A DNA stretch of 64,000 nucleotides from a virus, in IMG/VR virus record IMGVR_UViG_3300035232_000745, one strand, 5' to 3'. This document shows positions 8,997-18,427 of this stretch, piece after piece. The notes under the pieces are model-generated. The model did no database searches, was not told where the DNA came from, and saw nothing but the letters and a program-made list of their open reading frames with translations. The stretch's first letter is position 1, and each line of letters opens with the position of its first letter. The translations under genes and the position numbers were made by a program.

Positions 8997-10211
8997 TCAA
9001 CCGAAAAAGCTTTCGAGGTTATTTTCAGTTACATTCCATTGTTCTGTTGTTTCATCTATATTCGTTTGAAACAAAAAGTCTGTATCTGACCAAGGTCTAT
9101 TTCCTTCGAATACGTGTTTAATCTCAGTAGCCATATCCTTTGCTGTTTCGTAAGGAACGTTTTGGCAGATGTGATTGATAGAATTCTTTGGATCTAACAA
9201 CTCAAAGTCTTGAGGCAAACCCATAATAGTCATTGCTTCTCGAATAGTTATATATCTATCTTCGTATGGATGAGTTAACATTTTTGGGTAATGACCAACG
9301 AAAGCTCCAATATAATCTTTAGGAACCATTGTTCCTCTTCTCATAAGATTGCCTCCAGCCTGAAGCTTTTCATATTTACGTTCACATTTTGGAACTTCTC
9401 TATGATATCCGTTATCACCCATCCATTTAGCTATTCTTTTATAGTCATGACCTGCACGTTCAATCGCGCATTCAGCGTCATTTGCCCTTACGTTTTTTGT
9501 TACCATTATATCATGATATTCTCTATGAGTAATCCCACCATGAACTTCTTCTAAAAGGTAACGATAGTAAGGATCATCCTTAGAAGGAATTTTCTTATTG
9601 ATCACATCCATTTGAGTATTTGATGTTACACCGTTAATAATATCTTCTATTTTCTTGTGAGGTTTATTATAAAAGTGCAGAACAGGAGTTTTTTCACCGA
9701 ACATGTCTTTCTTCCAAAAGAAATAAAATGTACGCTTTCTGAACTGAGGAACACCATGTTTAATATTTTTAGTAAGATATAAAGACATCGAATAACCATT
9801 ATCTAATCCGATTTGTCTAAGCTTATTAAGCATAAACTCGCCTATCTTTCCAGATAGTGATGCAGCGTTCTCTCCCCAAAATACGTTTGGCTTTACGTTA
9901 GAAAGAATATACTCTGCGCTTAGCTCCATCCATTGGTTATTCTCGTTTGTTTCGCCGTGAGCATGATGCATAGTACTTAAACCTGCACACGGACAAACAC
10001 TTGATACAACATCTATTTTCTGGTTTAAGTCAGGAGATTGGCCCTTATCGAGAATATAATAAGGAACTTTATTTTCCCAATAATTCAAAAGATGTTGTTC
10101 ATTATCTTTAAATGCTTCATACGATAAAATATACTCTGGCTTTGAACCAAATACTTCTGTAGATGCAAGAGCTTCACCACCTATTAAGGGTATAATAGTG
10201 GCGTGCTTCAC
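8997..10211 (-). CDS. DNA cytosine-C5 methyltransferase homologue
   Basis: Motif IV PCAGLS, motif VI GENA, motif VIII GVPQFRKR, motif IX RYITIREA..IMGLPQDF; motif I (IPLIGG) and motif X (QNVP) are non-canonical. Confidence 0.75.
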   Translation of the reverse strand: MKHATIIPLIGGEALASTEVFGSKPEYILSYEAFKDNEQHLLNYWENKVPYYILDKGQSPDLNQKIDVVSSVCPCAGLSTMHHAHGETNENNQWMELSAEYILSNVKPNVFWGENAASLSGKIGEFMLNKLRQIGLDNGYSMSLYLTKNIKHGVPQFRKRTFYFFWKKDMFGEKTPVLHFYNKPHKKIEDIINGVTSNTQMDVINKKIPSKDDPYYRYLLEEVHGGITHREYHDIMVTKNVRANDAECAIERAGHDYKRIAKWMGDNGYHREVPKCERKYEKLQAGGNLMRRGTMVPKDYIGAFVGHYPKMLTHPYEDRYITIREAMTIMGLPQDFELLDPKNSINHICQNVPYETAKDMATEIKHVFEGNRPWSDTDFLFQTNIDETTEQWNVTENNLESFFG

Positions 10212-11314
10212 GAAAAGAAATCTTCTATAGTATTTTCTTCGATATCATTATATTCTTTGCCTTGCCAATGTGGATAAAACTCTCTAGAAAGATGGACAGA
10301 CTTTGGACTTTCCATTGCTTTAAAATCAAGTTCTCCTATGCCATTATAGAAATGTGGTGTAATCCATTCCTTAAATTGTACATCTGTTCCTTGAACCTTA
10401 CTCATAGCATATTCTTTAAAATATAAGCGTGCATCATTACGCTCAGCCCAAGAGCCGAAGAACTTTGTGCCTTTATACATGCCAGATTTTGGCAAGTTGC
10501 GGCGTTCATTTTCGATTGGTAATAACTCACAAATCACTTTACTTTCCATATCCAAAGAGTCTACAGCTTCAACATAACGGTCAACAAGAGTTCTTATCGC
10601 TTGTTTAGTATCGTCTTGTCTGCAAAGATGGTGTCTAATATCGATGTTACCAAAGTAACACTCAATATGTTTAACATTATCTCTATTTATGAAACTTTCA
10701 AGGCCCATTTCTAACGCACCATATAAAGTTTTAAATTGAACTGAATTGACATTGTAACCAGGTCTATACATTGAAATAGCATGACTATCTCCAATAACCA
10801 TTCGATCCCAAGTAGGATGTTGTGGTTTGATAGTGATAGCGTTCTTCTGCATTTCTCTTAGATTATCTAAATCTACTTCTCTAAACTCTGGAACTACAGA
10901 ATCAAGATTACCTTCTTTTGCTTTCATAGCGTTAAGCTTATATTCTAACATTGATGCATAATCTGGCATATCATATTCTAATGAATAGACTTGACCTTTA
11001 AATCTGGAAATATTACGAATGTTATATGCATGAGGAAAACCTTTTGTTCCTCCAAAGAAATTAATATCTGTTGCACCTTCTTTACGATCATTACCATGAT
11101 AGATATAAAGATTGTCGTATTGATTAAAATCTTCTTGTTTAGCTGCTTCTTTTGCGGCCGCACCCTGAACAGAAGATTTAGACATAATAATTTTCATTTC
11201 ACCAACATCAAGGTAATGACTAATCATATCCGCATAAATTACACCTTGCGCAGCTCTATGGTTTGGCAATTGAAAAGATATGGGAACAAAAGGCGATGCC
11301 ATTGCTGATTTCAT
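10208..11314 (-). CDS. hypothetical protein with C-terminal SGNH/GDSL-like domain
   Basis: VIGDSH block I, FGNID block III, SVHL block V. Confidence 0.55.
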   Translation of the reverse strand: MKSAMASPFVPISFQLPNHRAAQGVIYADMISHYLDVGEMKIIMSKSSVQGAAAKEAAKQEDFNQYDNLYIYHGNDRKEGATDINFFGGTKGFPHAYNIRNISRFKGQVYSLEYDMPDYASMLEYKLNAMKAKEGNLDSVVPEFREVDLDNLREMQKNAITIKPQHPTWDRMVIGDSHAISMYRPGYNVNSVQFKTLYGALEMGLESFINRDNVKHIECYFGNIDIRHHLCRQDDTKQAIRTLVDRYVEAVDSLDMESKVICELLPIENERRNLPKSGMYKGTKFFGSWAERNDARLYFKEYAMSKVQGTDVQFKEWITPHFYNGIGELDFKAMESPKSVHLSREFYPHWQGKEYNDIEENTIEDFFS

Positions 11315-11323
11315 AATATTCTC

Positions 11324-11959
11324 CTAAACAGTTTTTCTAAATTCTTCGTATTCATTTTCTAGAGTAACCCATTGCATTTTAGTAAGGCCCGACCAAGAAT
11401 GTCTTCTATCCCATACTATCCACATATAAGCAATCATACCACCTATCTGATCTTCTTTTTCGATAGGTTCTATATGATCTGAACTGAATTTAACTCTATC
11501 AGATAAAAAGATTATATCACTAGGAGGATTATTTGTAAACAATTTCTTTCTCTTCTTACCCTCTAAAAATGTAATACGTAAAAACATTGCAGTATAGTCA
11601 TATTCAGATATGAATTTCTCTGCTAGTTTTCTTGGTAAATCTTTGTGATAAGGAGGATTTGTCACAACACCATCTGCAAATTGCGGTTGCAGTTCCATTG
11701 CATCATAAGGTGTGTGGACTTCAGTCAAGCAATTATCATAAGAGTTTAAATCATAACTAGTTACGCTGTGACCCATTCTTTGAAGTTGCTTAGATATATT
11801 ACCACGGCCAGCACAAGGCTCAACAATATTTTTTGGCGGTTTACAATACTTTCCTAGAACGAATGTTGCCAAAGGAGGTGTTGGATAAAAATCATTCTGT
11901 CTTCTATTAGCATCGTCCTTTTTTACTCCGGTGTAAATATCAGTTAAATTAGTTGCCAT
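11324..11959 (-). CDS. amino-(N6A/N4C) DNA methyltransferase
   Basis: DFYPTP, EPCAGRG (SAM), VTNPPY catalytic motif. Confidence 0.85.
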   Translation of the reverse strand: MATNLTDIYTGVKKDDANRRQNDFYPTPPLATFVLGKYCKPPKNIVEPCAGRGNISKQLQRMGHSVTSYDLNSYDNCLTEVHTPYDAMELQPQFADGVVTNPPYHKDLPRKLAEKFISEYDYTAMFLRITFLEGKKRKKLFTNNPPSDIIFLSDRVKFSSDHIEPIEKEDQIGGMIAYMWIVWDRRHSWSGLTKMQWVTLENEYEEFRKTV

Positions 11960-11964
11960 CGATA

Positions 11965-12486
11965 CTACATTCTAATTTCAATAATGTCATTCCAAAACTC
12001 TTTCTTCTTTTTTCCGTGTATTATCAAATGCAATCTTTCTTCGTCAGATTTATTTTCGACCCAATGAGAATAGTGTACATTCAAAACAAATGCTGCACCT
12101 TTATGGTATGGTACTTCTTCTCCATTCAGAATGAACTTACTTCCATTAGGATATGAAATTGACATATTAAGAGTATCTAGCCAATTGTGTTCTGGAACAT
12201 CGCTGTGTTCAGCAATATATCCCTCAGGTTTTATAACTAAAAATCTAACGTCATCTAGTCTATCATATGGTAATGATTTGATGAACTCTACGGTCTTAGT
12301 ACATTTTAATCCTACCTCTGTAATATTGTCTTTAATGAATAAAGATGCTGCAAACCAGTCCTTATGACCATCTTGCGGTCTATTGATAACTAATTCTTCT
12401 TTGACTGATAGGTATTCTTGTTCTATATCGTAACAAGGAATATCGAAATTCATCTTTACCCATTGAGCATCGCTATTTCGGTGCAT
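11965..12486 (-). CDS. 2OG-Fe(II) oxygenase, aspartyl/asparaginyl beta-hydroxylase-like
   Basis: IAEHSD...H.VEN....R.H cupin motif. Confidence 0.7.
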   Translation of the reverse strand: MHRNSDAQWVKMNFDIPCYDIEQEYLSVKEELVINRPQDGHKDWFAASLFIKDNITEVGLKCTKTVEFIKSLPYDRLDDVRFLVIKPEGYIAEHSDVPEHNWLDTLNMSISYPNGSKFILNGEEVPYHKGAAFVLNVHYSHWVENKSDEERLHLIIHGKKKKEFWNDIIEIRM

Positions 12487-13031
12487 TAAACCAATTCTTC
12501 TTCTTTCAAGCCATAGATATCTACACCAGCTTCCATTAGCATCGGCCTAGATTGTTTATTCCACATATCAGTCCATGTTTCGGGGGTAGAGTCTGTAGGT
12601 AACATTATCCAGAGAGATTTTACACCAGCTTGAATAACACATTTAGTACAGTCTGAACAGACCGGTAATCCATAAACATAAAGAGTTGCTCCTTTTAATG
12701 ATACGCCATTATATAAAGCATTCATCAAAGCATTCATTTCTGCATGAACAATACGAGGATATTTCTCAGCTCTGTTATTTAATCTATCATCAGTATCAGC
12801 AATACCCTTTGGAAACCCGTTATATCCTGTCGCTAGAATATTTCTTTCATCGTTTACTGCTACAGCACCGATTTTACTAGAAGGGTCCTTACTCCACGTA
12901 GAAACCATTTTGGCCATATTCATGAAACGAATTGGCCATTTAGTTGTACTAGGATCTAAGAAACTATCTACGGGGTATTGTTTGTACATTCTTTTCATAT
13001 ATTGATCGTATGGTTCGTAATCATCAATCAT
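12486..13031 (-). CDS. cd: dCMP deaminase
   Basis: TGYNG, HAEMNA, PVCSDC Zn motif. Confidence 0.92.
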   Translation of the reverse strand: MIDDYEPYDQYMKRMYKQYPVDSFLDPSTTKWPIRFMNMAKMVSTWSKDPSSKIGAVAVNDERNILATGYNGFPKGIADTDDRLNNRAEKYPRIVHAEMNALMNALYNGVSLKGATLYVYGLPVCSDCTKCVIQAGVKSLWIMLPTDSTPETWTDMWNKQSRPMLMEAGVDIYGLKEEELV

Positions 13032-13242
13032 CGGATATCATCCTTGTTTCCATTTTTTCTTTTATATCGTAAACTTTTTCTTTCTCAATAATAGATATTA
13101 TGAGCTTTGTTAAGTCTAGGTCCTTTTGTAAGAACATCATTTTCTGTCGAATTTTTTTAATTTCACCTTCGTAAAATTCTATTTCTTTTTCTTTACGAAG
13201 TTTGGTTTCTAGTATGTCTGTAATTTTTATTAGTTTGCTCAC
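13024..13242 (-). CDS. hypothetical coiled-coil protein
   Basis: ORF with operon packing. Confidence 0.6.
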   Translation of the reverse strand: MSKLIKITDILETKLRKEKEIEFYEGEIKKIRQKMMFLQKDLDLTKLIISIIEKEKVYDIKEKMETRMISDD

Positions 13243-13244
13243 GT

Positions 13245-13922
13245 TTACTCCACTAAATTAAAGTGACGCTCGTACACGTGCAAGTTCATTACTTGCCAAG
13301 TAAGATCACCTTTTGTAAGGTTATGTCCTTCTTCATTTAGATTATCAATAGCTCTATCCATAAGGTGTTGAGCCCACGCATAATCATTCTTGTAACCAAA
13401 GACTACATCGTTTGAACGCATTTGTGATACCATATGCAACTTATTATCGCGAATATAGAACGTTTGCGCATTAGTACAAATGAAATCTGATTTACCATTC
13501 TCGTTGTATTCAACCCAAATAGATGGACGATTATAAACCATCTGAGCACGACGGCTATCTGGATTAGCAATCAACTCTTCAATTGCACTATAATATTGAT
13601 TATAAAACTTTGGAGAGTCTACAAGATGTCCGTAGTTTGAATTGATTTCACCGTTTTCATTAGCAGCATATTGCCAAGCAGCAGGCGGATCTTTATCTAA
13701 ACCATGAATATCCATAATATTAGTAGAACCGCTTTCATACCAAGCTAGCTCTGCATCAATATAAGATTTAACAGGTGTGCCAAAGATAGCTGGTTCATCA
13801 GCAATAAATGATGCACCTAACATTTCAATTGTTTTAGCACCGGTTTTGTCGATGGTAAAATTCTTATCGCTTAGTTCGTTAAAGAAGTATTCACGAATAT
13901 TACTTACATTATTTTGTTTCAT
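13245..13922 (-). CDS. gp42: dCMP hydroxymethylase (T4 gp42-like, thymidylate synthase fold)
   Basis: Close match, from memory, to T4 gp42: DKTG.KTIE..GASF.ADEP.IFG, GEINSNYG, NPDSRR, SDF.CTN, MRSNDVVFG..NDYAW, LHVY.RHF; the cytosine-specifying Asp (NDYAW) is kept. Confidence 0.9.
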   Translation of the reverse strand: MKQNNVSNIREYFFNELSDKNFTIDKTGAKTIEMLGASFIADEPAIFGTPVKSYIDAELAWYESGSTNIMDIHGLDKDPPAAWQYAANENGEINSNYGHLVDSPKFYNQYYSAIEELIANPDSRRAQMVYNRPSIWVEYNENGKSDFICTNAQTFYIRDNKLHMVSQMRSNDVVFGYKNDYAWAQHLMDRAIDNLNEEGHNLTKGDLTWQVMNLHVYERHFNLVE

Positions 13923-14217
13923 ATCTATCATCCATATCTTTGCCTTCATCATAAGCTACGCGAAGGATCATTAGCTGAGTTAATGCATGGTCTAAATGAA
14001 GAAGACCAGATTCTGGATCAATATCTTCTTTATCCCAATAGGCCATGAGGTGACGCTGAAGAGAAGAATAAGATCTGCCCCATTCAGTAGTATTAATATC
14101 ATCACGCCAATTGTTTTCAGAATATTTGGCTGCACCAAAAGCAAATACCTTAGCTGCAGCTTCAATAGCTACTGTAGGTACAAGATGAATTGGTGGTTTG
14201 TTATTGTCGTATTTCAT
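13909..14217 (-). CDS. dNTP diphosphohydrolase (DUF5664/dGTP_diPhyd-like)
   Basis: KYD..K, FGAAKY...NW, RHL..Y...EDIDPESGL.HL.HA. Confidence 0.8.
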   Translation of the reverse strand: MKYDNNKPPIHLVPTVAIEAAAKVFAFGAAKYSENNWRDDINTTEWGRSYSSLQRHLMAYWDKEDIDPESGLLHLDHALTQLMILRVAYDEGKDMDDRYETK

Positions 14218-14279
14218 TATATAAAGTCTCCGTGTGTATTACATTGATATATTCTATCATGTAATTCTTCAAATGTATA

Positions 14280-14369
14280 CTAAGTTTTTTCTTTTTGTGC
14301 TTTTAATGCTGCAAGAATATAACGTCTATGCTGTCTATATTCTAATACTATTTGTGCAAATGTTTTCAT
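14280..14369 (-). CDS. 29-aa microprotein
   Basis: MKTFAQIVLEYRQHRRYILAALKAQKEKT; ATGA overlap with upstream stop. Confidence 0.4.
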   Translation of the reverse strand: MKTFAQIVLEYRQHRRYILAALKAQKEKT

Positions 14370-15442
14370 GCTAGAAACTCCATTACTGAGTGTGAACTAC
14401 TTACTTTCTTTTCTAATGCAGCAGGCCTCCATATATCTGGATACATTGGCTTGTCGTCTTTATCCATCATATAATATCCAGAAGCATTTCTTAAGCCTCT
14501 GCCTGAGCGATCAAGATTATTTAAAAACCTTACGTAAATACATAAAGTATCTTCATGCGCAACAGCACTTGTACCAAGCTTTTCTGTAAGATCTGCAAGT
14601 GCTAAATCGTGATATTCTACTTGACTCATTCCTTTAGGTTTATGAAACATTTGTTCAATTGCTTGTCTTGCGTTATTACCACAATATAAACTAGAATTTG
14701 GATCAACGTATTCTGGGTGGTATGTAGCAATATCAGCAATCATTTGAGCATAAGGAAAGTTCCAACGACGAATACCTCTATCTATATTCTTCTGATTAAG
14801 TCTATCAGTTAATTCTTTCTGATCTAAAGGAGCACCATTATTCATAGCTAAATTTTCTTTTAGCCATTCAGTTAATTGTTTCATAAGATCTAAACCGAAG
14901 CTCGTAATGTGTTCTGGTAAATTCATTCCTTTTATCGGAGTTGGGTTTTGGTTACCAATAGTAGAAAACATTTTTCTATCAGCAGCTTTCCAAACCTTCA
15001 TTAGATCTGCCATTTCATCTGCAGTTTCTAATAAACCAAAATGAGATACAATAGAATGATGATATCCATGCCAATCCTTGCCGGCATAAAAACCAGAGCC
15101 AGTACTACGATGAACATAATAGGCGTAAACATATTCGAGTAAAGACCATTTGTCTGTTACATAATTTTTAACACGTTCTTGTACATCTACTGGTCTTTTC
15201 TTAAATACTATTTGGTTTGTTCCATAATTTATATCTTGATTAACATTATTAAAGCCTTCGTATGTACGAGACACACAATTATAAGCTGGAATATTTTGCA
15301 TTAATGGATCATTGATATTTTTATCGGCCTCGGGCCCAAGATAATCGAGATCACCGATTAAACAATTTTCTTCTAACCATTTAGATTTAGGCCAGAAGTA
15401 ATCTACGTAACAATCATAATTTGGTCTTGTTTCAAGTTGCAC
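14366..15442 (-). CDS. aGPT-Pplase1 / amino-acid:DNA transferase-like protein (HhH-glycosylase fold)
   Basis: NDPLM...N.VSR, F.YAQMIADI, LYCGNNA..AI and HEDTLC.Y.RF align with clade-1 motifs DPIL..N..R, F.A.Q...DL, GPGA..G and E..LCE..KY. Confidence 0.55.
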   Translation of the reverse strand: MQLETRPNYDCYVDYFWPKSKWLEENCLIGDLDYLGPEADKNINDPLMQNIPAYNCVSRTYEGFNNVNQDINYGTNQIVFKKRPVDVQERVKNYVTDKWSLLEYVYAYYVHRSTGSGFYAGKDWHGYHHSIVSHFGLLETADEMADLMKVWKAADRKMFSTIGNQNPTPIKGMNLPEHITSFGLDLMKQLTEWLKENLAMNNGAPLDQKELTDRLNQKNIDRGIRRWNFPYAQMIADIATYHPEYVDPNSSLYCGNNARQAIEQMFHKPKGMSQVEYHDLALADLTEKLGTSAVAHEDTLCIYVRFLNNLDRSGRGLRNASGYYMMDKDDKPMYPDIWRPAALEKKVSSSHSVMEFLA

Positions 15443-15453
15443 GTCTGACTCCT

Positions 15454-16065
15454 TTATAAGTTATGATTATATATACAACGGGTTTCTTTTCTGTGGTTAT
15501 AGAAGAATTTAAGTTTCTTAGATCCATCAACTTCTTCTGTCCAATTGTTATCGTAATCTGGATTACAAGGAGCAAGCGTTTCACGTATAGTATCAAAAGG
15601 TGCTACACATCTCCAACGTACATCATAAGTATTTTCTGCTACCTTTGAATAACAACCAAATATCACTACATCAACACATTCTGGATATAGCTTACGATTA
15701 CGTGCCAACTTATTACCCATATAATTAGACATAGTTAACCATTTCATTTCAAAACCTTCAGGCATTTTACCTGGATCTTGTGCATTCTTTACTTCACACC
15801 GCATACCATTCCACTCAACATCCCAATTATGTGAGTCTGGTATAGTATGATCAAATTCTGCTGTATTTTTTACTGCACCTTGACGTTCTAATGCGAACTC
15901 AAGTATAACACCTGCAGTCGTGTGTGCCATCACTGTTTCAAGAGTGCGGCCTCGTCTTTTTGCAGGGACATCATAAATGTCCTGTGCCATTGTTTTAATG
16001 TAAGAAAGCTCGTCATCGTTTAGTTCGATAACGAGCGCTTCAGGTAATTTTAAATTAGATATCAT
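15454..16065 (-). CDS. putative PD-(D/E)xK nuclease
   Basis: G...E...WDVEWNGMRCEVK motif. Confidence 0.45.
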   Translation of the reverse strand: MISNLKLPEALVIELNDDELSYIKTMAQDIYDVPAKRRGRTLETVMAHTTAGVILEFALERQGAVKNTAEFDHTIPDSHNWDVEWNGMRCEVKNAQDPGKMPEGFEMKWLTMSNYMGNKLARNRKLYPECVDVVIFGCYSKVAENTYDVRWRCVAPFDTIRETLAPCNPDYDNNWTEEVDGSKKLKFFYNHRKETRCIYNHNL

Positions 16066-16298
16066 GCTGTGTTATAATGCTTTTTCCAAGCGGAACCAAT
16101 CGTGCCGAGTCCTGTACCAGAAAGATAAACCTGCCACATAATGCGAGATACTTCAACTGAAGTCGGTGCATTTTGAATGTCCAACTTCAGTTGTTGTAAT
16201 ACTAAAGGTTTAGTCTTTTTACCTAGCATGGAAATTGCTACTTCGCGTGCTTGGTTGATTTCGAGCTTATCAAGTGTTTGGAGTTTTTCTAGATTCAT
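16062..16298 (-). CDS. hypothetical protein
   Basis: ORF downstream of a TTGACA-TAGAAT promoter. Confidence 0.6.
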   Translation of the reverse strand: MNLEKLQTLDKLEINQAREVAISMLGKKTKPLVLQQLKLDIQNAPTSVEVSRIMWQVYLSGTGLGTIGSAWKKHYNTA

Positions 16299-16359
16299 TA
16301 TACAATTCCTTTGTTTGATGATTCTATTCTAACACGTATAAGCTCAAATGTCAACCTTT

Positions 16360-16650
16360 TTATCGCGCGTACACGTACACATCTGCATGCGTAGCATAAG
16401 CTAATGGAAGAGAACAATCATAACCGCGACGATAACCTTTTACTTTTTCAGAGATATTTGCACGAGGTCCACGACCCTGAAGTTTAACTCGTTGAGGAGC
16501 ATCAGTGTCATATGCAAGATTACCCATCTTGACTACGAGCTTCAACCCATCAATAGCTGCCTGGTGTTCAGGTGCAACTTTACCGTTAATCATGTTAACA
16601 GTAAACTGATAAGCAGTTGATTGTCTTTCTGAATTGAATTGCGTTTTCAT
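16360..16650 (-). CDS. hypothetical early protein
   Basis: ORF with RBS AAGGA. Confidence 0.6.
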   Translation of the reverse strand: MKTQFNSERQSTAYQFTVNMINGKVAPEHQAAIDGLKLVVKMGNLAYDTDAPQRVKLQGRGPRANISEKVKGYRRGYDCSLPLAYATHADVYVYAR

Positions 16651-16686
16651 AATATTATTTCCTTTGTTAAAGTTGATGTAGTTGTT

Positions 16687-17049
16687 CTACACTGATTCTG
16701 TTAAAGTGTCAACAGTGTTTTGAAACACTTTTAAAGCTTCTTCAAATGAAGCATAAGAGTTACTTGATAAGCCTTCTAGGCTTTTTGGATATTGAACATA
16801 TTCGTTATCGTATTTTCCGATTTGATAATGTTGCTTTACACAGTCATCATCTTCGTATATATCGTTTACTAAAGAATAACCTTTATATTCCATTATAAAC
16901 TCGTCAAAATATGATTTGTGATAAACGTCTTTTATCTGATAAGTGCCTGTCGGTTCCTTATCATTTGCTGTTATCAGTGCTAAAGCATCTTCTATACGAG
17001 ATGCAATAGCTACTGACTCTCTGCCAATCGATCTAATAATTGTAAACAT
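16687..17049 (-). CDS. hypothetical protein
   Basis: ORF packing. Confidence 0.6.
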   Translation of the reverse strand: MFTIIRSIGRESVAIASRIEDALALITANDKEPTGTYQIKDVYHKSYFDEFIMEYKGYSLVNDIYEDDDCVKQHYQIGKYDNEYVQYPKSLEGLSSNSYASFEEALKVFQNTVDTLTESV

Positions 17050-17405
17050 TATGAGATTATTCCCTGTTCTTTAGCTGCAGCCATAACGATTGGTGTGAAA
17101 GCTTCTTCGATCAAATGCTCTACTTGATCCCAATTACCTTTGTTATAATATCCATAAGGTAAAGCTAAGTCACGCTTTTTAACGCCAAGAACTCTGCCGA
17201 TTTCTGAACCGCGATTACATAGAGCGTTATTGAATACATCATAGACAACATTCTGAGCTTTACGAAATTTCTCAAGAGCACGATTTTTACGAGGCGATTC
17301 AACTTGACCTTCGAATGGGACAAGTTCACCAAGCATATCTACGAGAGGCTTAGTTTCTGAAGTACATCCCCATGATGATTTATTTGGGTTCCACATGATT
17401 TTCAT
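17049..17405 (-). CDS. hypothetical early protein
   Basis: ORF downstream of a GTTTAC promoter (about 17452-17457). Confidence 0.6.
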   Translation of the reverse strand: MKIMWNPNKSSWGCTSETKPLVDMLGELVPFEGQVESPRKNRALEKFRKAQNVVYDVFNNALCNRGSEIGRVLGVKKRDLALPYGYYNKGNWDQVEHLIEEAFTPIVMAAAKEQGIIS

Positions 17406-17460
17406 TCCTTTTTTATATTATAGAATCAGTATAATATATATTTAAGGTGATGTAAACCCT

Positions 17461-17706
17461 TTAATCGTAACCTCTATGTGCAACGTAATATAGTTCTTCG
17501 TTTAGTACTTCTGCTTCGCGAGCTTTATATGCTTGTTCAAATCCAATCATACCATACTCACTTCTTTCTGTATTATTCCAAAGTCTTTTGAAGTAACTAT
17601 CATAAAGTTGTTCTACAGTCTTATCACTTTCGGATTTATTAATTAGCTGACCTTTAATTAACCAGTTAAGACGATTGGCTTCTTTACGTACAAACGGTGT
17701 GCACAT
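17461..17706 (-). CDS. hypothetical protein
   Basis: Strong RBS GGAGG; GATAAATA upstream. Confidence 0.6.
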   Translation of the reverse strand: MCTPFVRKEANRLNWLIKGQLINKSESDKTVEQLYDSYFKRLWNNTERSEYGMIGFEQAYKAREAEVLNEELYYVAHRGYD

Positions 17707-17785
17707 TGTGGGACCTCCTGTAAACTATACAAGAGTATTTATCTTGATAAAGCCAATTTGTCACACCCTGTATGGCGCTAACATG

Positions 17786-18196
17786 CTATACTGCCTTATT
17801 TAAATCTCCGTGATTACCATCGTGATTAGGTGCTTCCCAACCTTCAGGCTTAATAAGATCTGGTAATCCGAAAGGGTTCGGCCTACCTTCTTTAACACCG
17901 ACATCTTTCGATACATTAGCTTTGTATACACGATCCCATGCTTCGTTTGCATCTACGCCGAATACATCTAATGTACCAATAGCAAATACACACATATCAA
18001 TTAAGCCGTCTACGATTTCTTCTGGATCTTTTGCTTCAACTGCATCGAGTGTTTCATCAAGTTCTTCTTTACACATAGACAAACGAAACTTAAGGTACTT
18101 ATCCATCAAGTCTTTATTATCTTTGTTTTCATCAAACCATTTGCGTACACCAAACCGGTTATGCATCATATAGATGTCGTTTACCCAATCGCTCAT
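17786..18196 (-). CDS. MazG-like / PRA-PH nucleoside triphosphate pyrophosphohydrolase
   Basis: EELDE...EIVDGLID, V.KAN.SK, DLIKPEGW..P. Confidence 0.8.
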   Translation of the reverse strand: MSDWVNDIYMMHNRFGVRKWFDENKDNKDLMDKYLKFRLSMCKEELDETLDAVEAKDPEEIVDGLIDMCVFAIGTLDVFGVDANEAWDRVYKANVSKDVGVKEGRPNPFGLPDLIKPEGWEAPNHDGNHGDLNKAV

Positions 18197-18248
18197 AGTA
18201 TATTCCTTTCATAACTTATTAGTATTCTAACATGCGTAAGATCAAATG

Positions 18249-18419
18249 TCAATCATTTAGCTTATACAGATACTCTAACTCATCCTTAAGTTTTAGTTTA
18301 ACAATCTTAGCTTTTGTTATTGTTTCTTCTGGTGCTTTTTCGGCTTCTAATGTTTCAACAATAGAGTGCTGATGTTTGTGAGCCTTAGTAACTTCTTCTA
18401 TTCTGGTTTTGGTATTCAT
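18249..18419 (-). CDS. DUF465/YdcH-like small coiled-coil protein (56 aa)
   Basis: Not in track: MNTKTRIEEVTKAHKHQHSIVETLEAEKAPEETITKAKIVKLKLKDELEYLYKLND, RBS AGGAG. Confidence 0.6.
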   Translation of the reverse strand: MNTKTRIEEVTKAHKHQHSIVETLEAEKAPEETITKAKIVKLKLKDELEYLYKLND

Positions 18420-18427
18420 GATTACTC

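Noticed and set aside
13245-13922. Ordinary thymidylate synthase or dUMP hydroxymethylase
   Set aside because: It has Asp rather than Asn at the specificity position and matches T4 gp42 throughout
13909-14217. Z-genome (2-aminoadenine) or deazaguanine pathway suggested by the dNTP diphosphohydrolase
   Set aside because: No purZ, queC/D/E, folE or dpdA in the window; adjacency to gp42 favours a dCTPase-like role
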